Origin: a virus
UHGV virus genome: UHGV-0152950
DNA length: 18,833 bases
Strand: one strand, 5' to 3'
Shown here one piece after another: positions 1 to 7,009 of this stretch. Both the position numbers and the translations under genes were made by a program. Within the stretch, counting starts at the first letter, position 1. Each line of letters starts with the position of its first letter. Below the pieces are notes generated by a model. The model had not been told where the DNA came from. It made no database searches and saw only the letters and a program-made list of their open reading frames with translations.

Positions 1-330
1 GCAACCAGAAAACCGACGACCGTAGGTGATATCCTTCTGTACGAATACCTGGAGCCGTTAGAGCTGAAGATCAACGAGTTAGCAGAAATACTTCATGTTC
101 ATCGTAACACCGTAAGTGCTCTTGTTAATAATAATCGTAAGCTAACGATGGATATGGCATATCGCCTGGCAAAAGCATTCGATACTTCTGTAGATTTTTG
201 GATTAATCTTCAGACCGCAGTAGATCTGTGGGAAGTCGAAAATGATATGCGCGTTCAGGAAGAGTTAAGTCGTATCAATACTGCTGAAAAATTTATTTCT
301 CAGCGGAACCTGAATAAAAAAGCAGCCTGA
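1..330 (+). CDS. higA: HigA-family antitoxin (HTH, addiction module antidote protein), 5'-truncated by window edge
   Basis: Frame 1 is open from base 1 to the TAA at 328-330. Translation ...TVGDILLYEYLEPLELKINELAEILHVHRNTVSALVNNNRKLTMDMAYRLAKAFDTSVDFWINLQ matches the HigA-family HTH signature from memory. A hairpin terminator follows. Confidence 0.8.
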   Translation, partial: ATRKPTTVGDILLYEYLEPLELKINELAEILHVHRNTVSALVNNNRKLTMDMAYRLAKAFDTSVDFWINLQTAVDLWEVENDMRVQEELSRINTAEKFISQRNLNKKAA

Positions 331-348
331 TATAGTAAAACACATACA

Positions 349-379
349 AAAAGCCCACTTAGCAAGTGGGCTTTCCTTT
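349..379 (+). terminator. Rho-independent terminator-like hairpin after higA
   Basis: Stem gcccact (353-359) / agtgggc (365-371), then T-rich tttccttt. An A-run precedes it, so it could act in both directions. Confidence 0.55.
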
Positions 380-386
380 GTAATTA

Positions 387-587
387 ATGAACATTAAACC
401 TATCCGTACAGAACAAGATTATGAGGCCGCACTGCGTGCGGTCGAACCGATGTTCGATAACGAACCGGAAATGAATACTCCGGAAGGTGATTTCTTTGAG
501 GTTATGAGTCTTCTCATTGAGGAGTACGAGAAGAAACATTACCCAATTCAGCCACCATCACCTGTTGAATCTTTTAACTATCCATAA
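387..587 (+). CDS. Small protein resembling the N-terminal (non-HTH) domain of HigA-type antitoxins; possibly a gene remnant
   Basis: 66-aa ORF MNIKPIRTEQDYEAALRAVEPMFDNEPE...EEYEKKHYPI. No clear Shine-Dalgarno upstream of ATG 387 and no HTH domain follows; ends with tandem stops TAATAA. Confidence 0.4.
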   Translation: MNIKPIRTEQDYEAALRAVEPMFDNEPEMNTPEGDFFEVMSLLIEEYEKKHYPIQPPSPVESFNYP

Positions 588-608
588 TAAAAGTAATCAG
601 GATAAGCT

Positions 609-1337
609 ATGATGTCAGAAAAAGTTACAGATAATCCGTCTATAAATGAAACAGAACTAAAATCATTTTCTGAAATAATAAAAGATAAAATATTTAACAA
701 GGTTTTTGCATATGTTGTCATTTCTTTTCTAATTTTTAACTGGAAGGATATTTTAATTATATTAAAGTCAAAGGATGACATCCTATATACATTATCTATT
801 GTTTTTGTTGGTGGTAATGTCCCGTTCTTTGATAATTGGATTGTATCCCCGTGGGTTTATCACGTTGTAATCCCATTTGTTTATGGAGTATTTGCATCTG
901 TGTTAGCTCCTATTCTCACACTGAAGATATCTAAGCTAACAAGTAAATTATACACTGAAATAAGATATTTAGATGAAGCTGCTGATTATGATAAAAGAAT
1001 AGAATTGCAAAGAAAGAAAACAAAGTTAAATCAAGCAACCAATGACGCTAAATATTCAAAACAAATCTTAGATGAAAATGAAAATAAACTTAATGACCTG
1101 GCTAAGAAACAGCGAGAAATTTGCGGCGCGATAAAACTATTGCATACTGATGTTGGCAGTATTATTGAGCTATATAAAAATAAGGGGGTTAGCATTGAAT
1201 CTCCGCAAGATTTATGTGATTTTATAGTCGCTATAAAAAGCACATCATTCTATAATGATGACAAGCATTTTAATAAATTGGTGTCTGATATTTCCAGTTT
1301 GTTTGATAATACTGGAATTGATCTTTCAAAAAAATGA
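609..1337 (+). CDS. Hypothetical membrane protein, AT-rich; N-terminal hydrophobic helices plus Lys/Glu-rich coiled-coil-like C-terminus
   Basis: 242-aa ORF with SD AGGA 6 nt before ATG 609. Hydrophobic segments VFAYVVISFLIFNW, LYTLSIVFVGGNV, VYHVVIPFVYGVFASVLAPILTL. G+C is visibly far lower than flanks (roughly 30% by eye). Terminator hairpins flank it on both sides. Confidence 0.75.
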   Translation: MMSEKVTDNPSINETELKSFSEIIKDKIFNKVFAYVVISFLIFNWKDILIILKSKDDILYTLSIVFVGGNVPFFDNWIVSPWVYHVVIPFVYGVFASVLAPILTLKISKLTSKLYTEIRYLDEAADYDKRIELQRKKTKLNQATNDAKYSKQILDENENKLNDLAKKQREICGAIKLLHTDVGSIIELYKNKGVSIESPQDLCDFIVAIKSTSFYNDDKHFNKLVSDISSLFDNTGIDLSKK

Positions 1338-1342
1338 AAGCC

Positions 1343-1381
1343 CAGCATAAACTACTAGGCTATGTGTGGTTTATGCTTTTT
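1343..1381. terminator. Bidirectional terminator-like hairpin between convergent genes
   Basis: Inverted repeat agcataaac ... gtttatgct followed by TTTTTT on plus and a T-run on minus. It overlaps the stop of the minus CDS ending at 1371. Confidence 0.5.
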
Positions 1382-2564
1382 TCACGTACTCTATAAACAT
1401 CTTCTCAGCCTGTTCTTGTGGCGTTCCAGCCATGACAAGCGCATCAATGAACGCCTGCTTCTTCAGTGCGAACTGATCGGCAAGGCGTTGCTGAAGTTCC
1501 TTATTTTTCTGTTTCTCACGTTGCAAGGCCGCTTCTTTTGCAGCCGCCCGTTTTTTCTGTGCGTCTGACAACTTTCTGGCCCTGGTCAATTGGTCACGTA
1601 GCTTGTCGATCTTGCCGTTGTCCTTTGCCAGTTTTGTACTTAAAGCGGCCTGGCGCTTCTGATAGAGCCTCCATTCGCGCTTGGCGGCGTCAACGTTCGT
1701 TTTACTGCTACGATTGCGATTAAACTCCTTCTCGTCTTCTTTTGAGAAGTGTTTGGTTGTACGGCGCCGATCGTCACCAAATGCAATTTGCGTTGCGGCC
1801 TTTTGTAACGCACGAGCAATACTCATTTGCCAACTGGCGGACTGTAACCGCGTCATTGAGTGGATCACGTGTTTACAGGCGACGCCTTGTAGCTTAGGGT
1901 TACGAACTTTTGGATAGGCGTATTCTTTTGGCGGGGCCAGGGCAAAGTTACCCGCAGTAGCGATGTAACGATACCAGTATTGATGACGACCACAGTCACA
2001 ATCGAAAGACACCCGCCCAGCGCACAGTGATTTAGTGATTTTCAGAGCTGATTTATCGTCTTCTGCGATGTCATCGACCATCTGATCCCATTCTTCAAAG
2101 CGTATCCGGACGATATGGTGCTGGTGGACGGATATATCCGATGCTTCTACGCGGATATTAATCACGTTGTGGCGAAGAGATACGGGTGTAGCTCTTTTGA
2201 TACCAGATCCGTCATCCACGGCGTTATTTGCACGCTTAATATCGATTGCCTGGCTGGATGCCACCAGCTGGGCGTATGTGATGCCAGCCGTCTTGCTGTC
2301 ATATTTTTCGCGTGTTTTACTCCGTAGCTTTTCGAAACCTTTCAGGTCGTCTCGCGTGAAGAACGTGCCGCCTTTTTTCTTCCCTAACTTGAGAATATCT
2401 TCGGCGGATTTGTTCCTCAGTCTACCTGGCGTCAGCGTCCGGTGAGCTTGTCGGCGCTTACGGGTTTGTTCTTTCCTGATAAGGTCGAATAAACGCGTGA
2501 AGTCCTTAGAGGACAGGCCGTCAGTGATATAGCGCCCGTCCTGGTTTTTCAGGAAATCAGGCAT
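1371..2564 (-). CDS. Hypothetical protein with basic N-terminus, SWIM-like Cys/His motif (CxC...CxH) and long Lys/Arg/Gln-rich coiled-coil C-terminus
   Basis: 397-aa ORF. ATG at 2564 overlaps the stop of the upstream gene by 8 nt, suggesting translational coupling. Motif SFDCDCGRHQYWYRY...GVACKHVIH. No family recognised by eye. Confidence 0.8.
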   Translation of the reverse strand: MPDFLKNQDGRYITDGLSSKDFTRLFDLIRKEQTRKRRQAHRTLTPGRLRNKSAEDILKLGKKKGGTFFTRDDLKGFEKLRSKTREKYDSKTAGITYAQLVASSQAIDIKRANNAVDDGSGIKRATPVSLRHNVINIRVEASDISVHQHHIVRIRFEEWDQMVDDIAEDDKSALKITKSLCAGRVSFDCDCGRHQYWYRYIATAGNFALAPPKEYAYPKVRNPKLQGVACKHVIHSMTRLQSASWQMSIARALQKAATQIAFGDDRRRTTKHFSKEDEKEFNRNRSSKTNVDAAKREWRLYQKRQAALSTKLAKDNGKIDKLRDQLTRARKLSDAQKKRAAAKEAALQREKQKNKELQQRLADQFALKKQAFIDALVMAGTPQEQAEKMFIEYVKKA

Positions 2565-2886
2565 TTTCTATCTCCGGTTCCGCGCTCGCGTAATCACGGA
2601 TCTTGTTCCTCAGCCATGCCACATCAGGAAGAGTTAACGTGGTCCCGGCGGGCATTTCTTCCATTTCTGACTCATGGCCCACCAGCACCCGGAATACCCA
2701 GCGCAAATCTGCATTGCCATACGCCCTGTAGGCTGCAAGGTCTGAACGATATACTTCATCAATCTTTATCGTGTACTGGAAATTATCAGAGTGATACTCC
2801 GATACCCGCTTAATCATTTCCTGGTGAAACAGCGCACGAAAAATATCGTCTTCAATGTACCTGTCGTCGAGTCTGCTATAGCCCAT
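2557..2886 (-). CDS. Hypothetical protein, first gene of a two-gene operon
   Basis: 109-aa ORF with ATG at 2886 and SD-like GAGAGG upstream. Overlaps the downstream 397-aa gene. Confidence 0.7.
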   Translation of the reverse strand: MGYSRLDDRYIEDDIFRALFHQEMIKRVSEYHSDNFQYTIKIDEVYRSDLAAYRAYGNADLRWVFRVLVGHESEMEEMPAGTTLTLPDVAWLRNKIRDYASAEPEIENA

Positions 2887-3079
2887 AACAAAGCCTCTCA
2901 GTCATAACCTGGGGGAAACTGTATGCAGGGTGTGAAATGTGAGAAACAGACAGGCCACCAGTTCAGGGGGATGTGGTTCATAAATCCCCTCACTGGTGAC
3001 AAGTGACTTTCATTAATCTTTGTGCGGGGGCCAGCTTCATTTGCTGGCATTAGATTAAAAATTAAACGGAGTGAATGAC

Positions 3080-3214
3080 ATGGATGTTATATTCGAATTA
3101 TTAATGCTAATTGATCTGTTTATGAACGCTTCATTGACCACGCAAATACTGGCGTCAATATTTTTGTTACTCTTCTACCTGGTATTGAGGGAGTTAACAA
3201 AGCTACTAATGTGA
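3080..3214 (+). CDS. Putative small hydrophobic peptide (44 aa), candidate membrane peptide
   Basis: Not in the ORF track (under 60 aa). SD ACGGAG about 8 nt before ATG 3080. Product MDVIFELLMLIDLFMNASLTTQILASIFLLLFYLVLRELTKLLM. AT-rich; its stop abuts the stop of the convergent minus CDS. Confidence 0.3.
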   Translation: MDVIFELLMLIDLFMNASLTTQILASIFLLLFYLVLRELTKLLM

Positions 3215-3868
3215 TCAAAGTATCACGGTATCTTCATCAACTTCTTTCCCAGCCAGTGACTTTGGCTGGGAGGTGCCTGCTTCAACTTTTTCATGCCCAA
3301 TAATGGACAGGAACGAAGCGAGTATGCCTGTTTTTTGCTCTTTCTCGACTGCGCCGGTCATCTGCTCTACGTAATCCGCACTGGCAACGTTGTGGTATAC
3401 GGTCGCGTAGCAACACAGGATCATAAGAATATGTTCCGGCCTGATGTCCTGCCAGTTCACCCGGTAGACTTCTTCTCCGTTACCATTGTATTCGGTATCA
3501 ACGATAGAGTCGGGGATTTCGAAAGCACCTTTGTTATTTTGCGGCAGGGATAATAGTTTCTGGAGTTTTAACTCTCTGTATCTTTCCATCCCGACGATGA
3601 TTGCTGCTCTACCATCGGCATGACGGGTCTTGAGAGTCACCTGACTTGCTCCGGTGCCAGCGGAGATCGTTGGCGTAATTTCGTCTACCAGTACCTTAAA
3701 TTTGCTTTTCCGCAGGGCTGCTATAGCTGGAGGAATTTTTTGCTTTTGCTCCAATGCTGACGCGGGAAGGGGTTTTACTTCGTTAATAATGAGAGCACCG
3801 TCTTTCAGTATTGCAGTGAGCATTTGAGGCTTGCTGGTGGTCAGGCTGAATATTGCGATCTTTTCCAT
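3215..3868 (-). CDS. Hypothetical protein
   Basis: Strong SD GGAGGAAGG before the internal ATG at 3868 (MEKIAIFSLTTSK...). The longer ORF to 3910 lacks an SD. 217 aa, no recognised motifs. Confidence 0.7.
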   Translation of the reverse strand: MEKIAIFSLTTSKPQMLTAILKDGALIINEVKPLPASALEQKQKIPPAIAALRKSKFKVLVDEITPTISAGTGASQVTLKTRHADGRAAIIVGMERYRELKLQKLLSLPQNNKGAFEIPDSIVDTEYNGNGEEVYRVNWQDIRPEHILMILCCYATVYHNVASADYVEQMTGAVEKEQKTGILASFLSIIGHEKVEAGTSQPKSLAGKEVDEDTVIL

Positions 3869-3890
3869 TGTCCTTCCTCCACGGATGACG

Positions 3891-3916
3891 GATACAAAAA
3901 AAGGCCGCACATGGCG
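3891..3916 (-). other. GC-rich hairpin with flanking T-run, terminator-like, immediately upstream of a gene start
   Basis: ggccgc acat gcggcc with A7 on plus (T7 after the hairpin on minus). It sits between the hairpin-less divergent intergenic region and the start of CDS 3215-3868. Confidence 0.3.
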
Positions 3917-4136
3917 GCCTGCTTTGGCGTTATGACTCCCTACCGCGCTTCGGCTGAAAGTTAATCGTCAAAAGAACCTTCAACGGGAGCCGTTAGCGCG
4001 ATGGATTATGTGCAGTTTGTGATTTCCAAAATAGTGTCAACCACTTTTTGTGGATTTTATTTTTTGACCGAAATTTGGCCTAAATCATGTTGATGTAGTT
4101 AATTGTTTTTATAACATAAAACTTCATTTTGTTTAC

Positions 4137-4760
4137 ATGAAGGATGGTGTAGTGAAGTTAAGGGTTTTAGGGGCCGCGCTCGCGGCTATGTTGGGATGCG
4201 TATCTGCTAATACTGCCAATGCAACTGCGTTACCTGCACAATTCAGGGCAGGGCAGCAGGTTATGAATAACGCTGGTGGGGATCATTCACAAGCGGCCAT
4301 TATGGACTTTTGCAAGAGGGAGGGCATTCCATTACGGCCTGTTGGAACTCAGTTTATTGGTAAAACTGACTTTTGCGTTTTTGCATATACAGCATATCTG
4401 ACGGACAAAGCTATAACAAAAACAGGTTATTCAACCAAAGATACTCTTTCCAGATTAAGTCAGGGATGGCAGCAATTCGAAGTGTATCGCCAGCAAGGAT
4501 TAGGTGAGTTATTGCAACCACTTTTTATGCTTGCGTTGGTGCCAGAGGGGCAGCAATTTTTGGTTAAAAAGGGAATGCTTCGCCAAAGTGATATTGCCGG
4601 GTTCGATAGCATGATGGCTTATGAGCGCAAACTAACCGAGCAGCGAAATAAAAAACCATCTGCTTCATGTGTGCAAAGTAAAACAGCAGAATACAGTGCA
4701 GTAGCCGGGCCTTTAGCCAAACAAATGGCAGAGCAATGGTGTAAAAAATACGGGCAATAA
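4137..4760 (+). CDS. Hypothetical secreted/periplasmic protein (Sec signal peptide)
   Basis: 207-aa ORF. Signal-peptide-like N-terminus ...KLRVLGAALAAMLGCVSANTANA. The alternative GTG start at 4152 has a better SD (AAGGA). Confidence 0.7.
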   Translation: MKDGVVKLRVLGAALAAMLGCVSANTANATALPAQFRAGQQVMNNAGGDHSQAAIMDFCKREGIPLRPVGTQFIGKTDFCVFAYTAYLTDKAITKTGYSTKDTLSRLSQGWQQFEVYRQQGLGELLQPLFMLALVPEGQQFLVKKGMLRQSDIAGFDSMMAYERKLTEQRNKKPSASCVQSKTAEYSAVAGPLAKQMAEQWCKKYGQ

Positions 4761-4780
4761 GTTACGCAGCGGAGGCAGAA

Positions 4781-5173
4781 TTGAAAAGATTGGCTATTGC
4801 TTTACTGGCGTCTTTCCCTTTGATCGCGAGCGCCGGAAATTTACAAGTTAAGTGCGGTCGGTTTGATATAAAAATCTATCCGGATGCCATATTTCTGAAT
4901 GGGAATAAGGTTGATAACGCACACCGAAAAACTGAATCTGACGTAATGAGCTATGTGTTCCAGGAGTATGCGGAGATGGGGGGAACTTACACGCTGTACT
5001 CGCTGGATGTTCCTTCTCGCGGTGATATGACATTATCCCATCAATGGCAGAACGCCGATGGCGAAGCTCTGCGCGAGGTTAAAACAGAAAAATGTGGCAC
5101 TTTCCATTCTTTTAAAGGGAAAGCGCCAAATGTTAAATCTGTGCTTGAAAAACAGCGCGCAGGTGAGCTTTAA
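4781..5173 (+). CDS. Hypothetical secreted protein (Sec signal peptide)
   Basis: TTG start at 4781 with strong SD GGAGG 5 nt upstream. N-terminus MKRLAIALLASFPLIASAGNLQ. 130 aa. Confidence 0.7.
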   Translation: MKRLAIALLASFPLIASAGNLQVKCGRFDIKIYPDAIFLNGNKVDNAHRKTESDVMSYVFQEYAEMGGTYTLYSLDVPSRGDMTLSHQWQNADGEALREVKTEKCGTFHSFKGKAPNVKSVLEKQRAGEL

Positions 5174-5481
5174 ACACCTTTAACCACGGAGATGCCGTTC
5201 CCTGCACGATAGCGGCGGGGAACGGAATTCTCCATCAGGTCACGAATTACTCCCGCCTCATGTAGTTCCTCTGTTTCCCAGTATCTGTTTGTCACCAGAT
5301 CGAGGCTGGCTATGACCTTGTGCCGGTCATTAGGCATAGCCAATTTTTCTGCTATAACCATCAGTGAAAACTCTTCATCCAGTAGGATTTGATACCAGAC
5401 TTTTGACAGTTCCAACTCTCTAATGAGGGTGAAGCGCCGCTCAAGTGTGGCGGCAGAATAAGTGAAATCTATTTTTTTCAT
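5170..5481 (-). CDS. Hypothetical protein
   Basis: 103-aa ORF; weak SD; its 3' end overlaps the preceding plus gene by 4 nt. Confidence 0.5.
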   Translation of the reverse strand: MKKIDFTYSAATLERRFTLIRELELSKVWYQILLDEEFSLMVIAEKLAMPNDRHKVIASLDLVTNRYWETEELHEAGVIRDLMENSVPRRYRAGNGISVVKGV

Positions 5482-5514
5482 CGTGCGGATAATCCGATTA
5501 TTTGGCAGTTAAAT

Positions 5515-5531
5515 CCCCGGCGTCGCCGGGG
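5515..5531 (-). other. GC-rich hairpin downstream of the antirepressor gene (possible weak terminator)
   Basis: ccccggc gtc gccgggg; the flanking U-tract on minus is poor (AUUUAA). Confidence 0.3.
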
Positions 5532-5540
5532 ATGCAGCAT

Positions 5541-6482
5541 TTAACTAACAATCCAGTCCATAGCAATAACATCCTCTGGAGCTAAATCAATAGCATGGAT
5601 TTTCCCGTCACGGATGGTGCGCCAGTGCTTTCGTGATCCACCTTCGGGCCACACCCATATACCTTCAGGCCAGGAAGAACGACGACACACTGTTGCGTAT
5701 CCAGTCCTGAGCTTCTCTCTGACGGTATGTAGTGACAGATTATCCTTTGGGCTTTCAGGCACAGGATGGTGGATTGCCTGAAACATCCCCATCTTTGGAT
5801 GATACCAGCGTTTATTGCGTGGTTCTGCCTCCGACATCACCTGCTTAAAGGCTTTCCGGAAGGGGGCCAGGGCCACAATGGAGCGTCGCGCAAGCAAACC
5901 ATCTGGAGTTAAAAACTCATGCGTATCGGTGGGAATCCGGAAAGCGTTAACCAGGTTGCGACATTTGGCTTCAGTCAGGCCACATTTCGCCGCCAGCTGG
6001 CGGTAGCCAATGTAGCCTTCCGGAATATTGCCTTTCTTTATTTGCTCGAGTGTTTCAGCGACCATCGATACTTGTGCTGATACCTCGGCTACCTGGGCAT
6101 TTACGGCGTTGATCCGGCGTTCATGCTCAAGATGCATTTGCGCCATTTCAGCCAGAATTTCGGCTTTTGATTTTAACTGTACCCGGGCATTCTCCAGTTC
6201 GCGCCAGCGGTCCACCAGCCGGGCGGTGAATTCCGGAGAGAGCTGCGCGACGACAATGATGCTGTCTCGTTTTCCTTGTTCGCCTTCAAAGATGTAAGCC
6301 TTGGAAAATCGACGAGGGCCAACTGATTGTTTATTTTCAATTTCCACAGATTGTGGAAATTGGATCACACTCTTTTTAGCCAGTGTTTCGATAGTTCTCT
6401 TCACACTATCTGGGCGACTTCCTACCAGTTCCGCGATCTCAATACTGGTCATTGTCGCTTTTTGAGAGATGGACAGATTCAT
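5541..6482 (-). CDS. ant: Phage antirepressor, Rha/Ant family
   Basis: 313 aa. N-terminal MTSIEIAELVGSRPDSVKRTIETLAKK resembles the Rha regulatory-protein domain. Its ATG overlaps the stop of the upstream Icd-like gene (ATGA), as in the P1 immI icd-ant arrangement. Confidence 0.75.
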   Translation of the reverse strand: MNLSISQKATMTSIEIAELVGSRPDSVKRTIETLAKKSVIQFPQSVEIENKQSVGPRRFSKAYIFEGEQGKRDSIIVVAQLSPEFTARLVDRWRELENARVQLKSKAEILAEMAQMHLEHERRINAVNAQVAEVSAQVSMVAETLEQIKKGNIPEGYIGYRQLAAKCGLTEAKCRNLVNAFRIPTDTHEFLTPDGLLARRSIVALAPFRKAFKQVMSEAEPRNKRWYHPKMGMFQAIHHPVPESPKDNLSLHTVREKLRTGYATVCRRSSWPEGIWVWPEGGSRKHWRTIRDGKIHAIDLAPEDVIAMDWIVS

Positions 6483-6697
6483 CAGTGCACCTCCACGCAG
6501 TTCATCGGCAGATTCCAGTAATTGAGGATCTCCATCGCATCAAGAGTGAAGCGAGCAGCAAAAATGCAGGGTTCTTCGGGAAGGTATGAGCGCGCTTCTG
6601 CTTCGGTTGCAGCCATGACGCAGATATACAGGTGTTTTTGGCAGGAATAGAAACGCCAGATAAATTCAGAATGAGTTGGGGTAGGGGTAGTAGCCAT
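6482..6697 (-). CDS. icd: Icd-like protein (host cell division inhibitor family)
   Basis: 71-aa ORF MATTPTPTHSEFIWRFYSCQKHLYICVMAATEAEARSYLPEEPCIFAARF... resembles the Icd-like family from memory. Perfect SD AAGGAGG upstream; translationally coupled to ant. Confidence 0.6.
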   Translation of the reverse strand: MATTPTPTHSEFIWRFYSCQKHLYICVMAATEAEARSYLPEEPCIFAARFTLDAMEILNYWNLPMNCVEVH

Positions 6698-6754
6698 AAT
6701 GGCAGCCTCCTTTTGCTAATTTAAGGAGCTACCGCGTGAGGTTCCAATCTCAAT

Positions 6755-6835
6755 GGCGGTAGCACTGACTGGGTTGGAACTACCGGCGCAAAAGGGAACC
6801 GGCCTGCCTTTCGGCAGCCCAGCCAGCACTACCAT
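6755..6835 (-). ncRNA. Candidate C4-like antisense RNA (boundaries uncertain)
   Basis: Minus-strand hairpins GGCUGCC-GAAA-GGCAGGCC and GGUAG-(loop UUCCAACCCAGUCAGUG)-CUACC. The loop GUUCCAA is complementary to UUGGAAC upstream (about 6930) and just before the icd SD (about 6745). The RNA could instead be the 6883-6960 hairpin plus terminator. Confidence 0.3.
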
Positions 6836-6882
6836 TGATCTCTGAGCTAAACGCTACGTATGGCTGTGCGATGGCATGACAC

Positions 6883-6904
6883 AAAAAAAGACGCTTTCGG
6901 CGTC
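6883..6904 (-). terminator. Rho-independent terminator (minus strand)
   Basis: Hairpin gacgc tttcg gcgtc (6890-6904) followed on minus by a U7 run (plus A7 at 6883-6889). Confidence 0.5.
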
Positions 6905-7009
6905 TGTGTCGCCTTTTGCATTATCCGGGGTTCCAATCCCGGCACCCGTTTTTCTAAGGTGCCGTAGAAATATACCCCACGATAATGCCAGGGCGCAACA
7001 GTCAGTATT

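Larger units (their letters stand above)
6698..6960 (-). promoter_or_regulatory. Structured leader of the icd-ant operon with repeated complementary motifs (C4-antisense-like immI control region)
   Basis: Two direct copies of GGTTCCAATC on plus (6929-6938 and 6740-6749) and an inverted copy TTGGAAC (6774-6780) sit in stem-loops (CCGGG...CCCGG at 6925-6942; GGTAG...CTACC at 6758-6784). Layout resembles the P1 a1 / c4 / a2 / icd arrangement. Confidence 0.45.

Noticed and set aside
578-781. Minus-strand ORF (67 aa) overlapping the start of the AT-rich gene
   Set aside because: Low-complexity shadow ORF on the opposite strand of an AT-rich coding region; no SD.
1031-1243. Minus-strand ORF (70 aa) inside the AT-rich gene
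   Set aside because: Antisense shadow ORF fully inside the better-supported plus CDS 609-1337.
1466-1917. Plus-strand ORFs (85 and 78 aa) inside the 397-aa minus gene
   Set aside because: Antisense shadow ORFs within a longer, well-supported minus-strand CDS; no ribosome-binding sites.
2115-2445. Plus-strand ORFs (70 and 92 aa) inside the 397-aa minus gene
   Set aside because: Antisense shadow ORFs within the minus-strand CDS 1371-2564.
5815-6297. Plus-strand ORFs (63 and 89 aa) inside the antirepressor gene
   Set aside because: Embedded antisense ORFs with Ser/Cys/Arg-rich low-complexity translations; no start signals.
6925-6942. tRNA T-arm-like stem-loop CCGGG-GTTCCAATC-CCGG, considered as a tRNA or tRNA fragment
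   Set aside because: No matching acceptor stem, anticodon arm or D-arm within about 70 nt on either strand. It is better explained as part of the immI-like leader repeat set.
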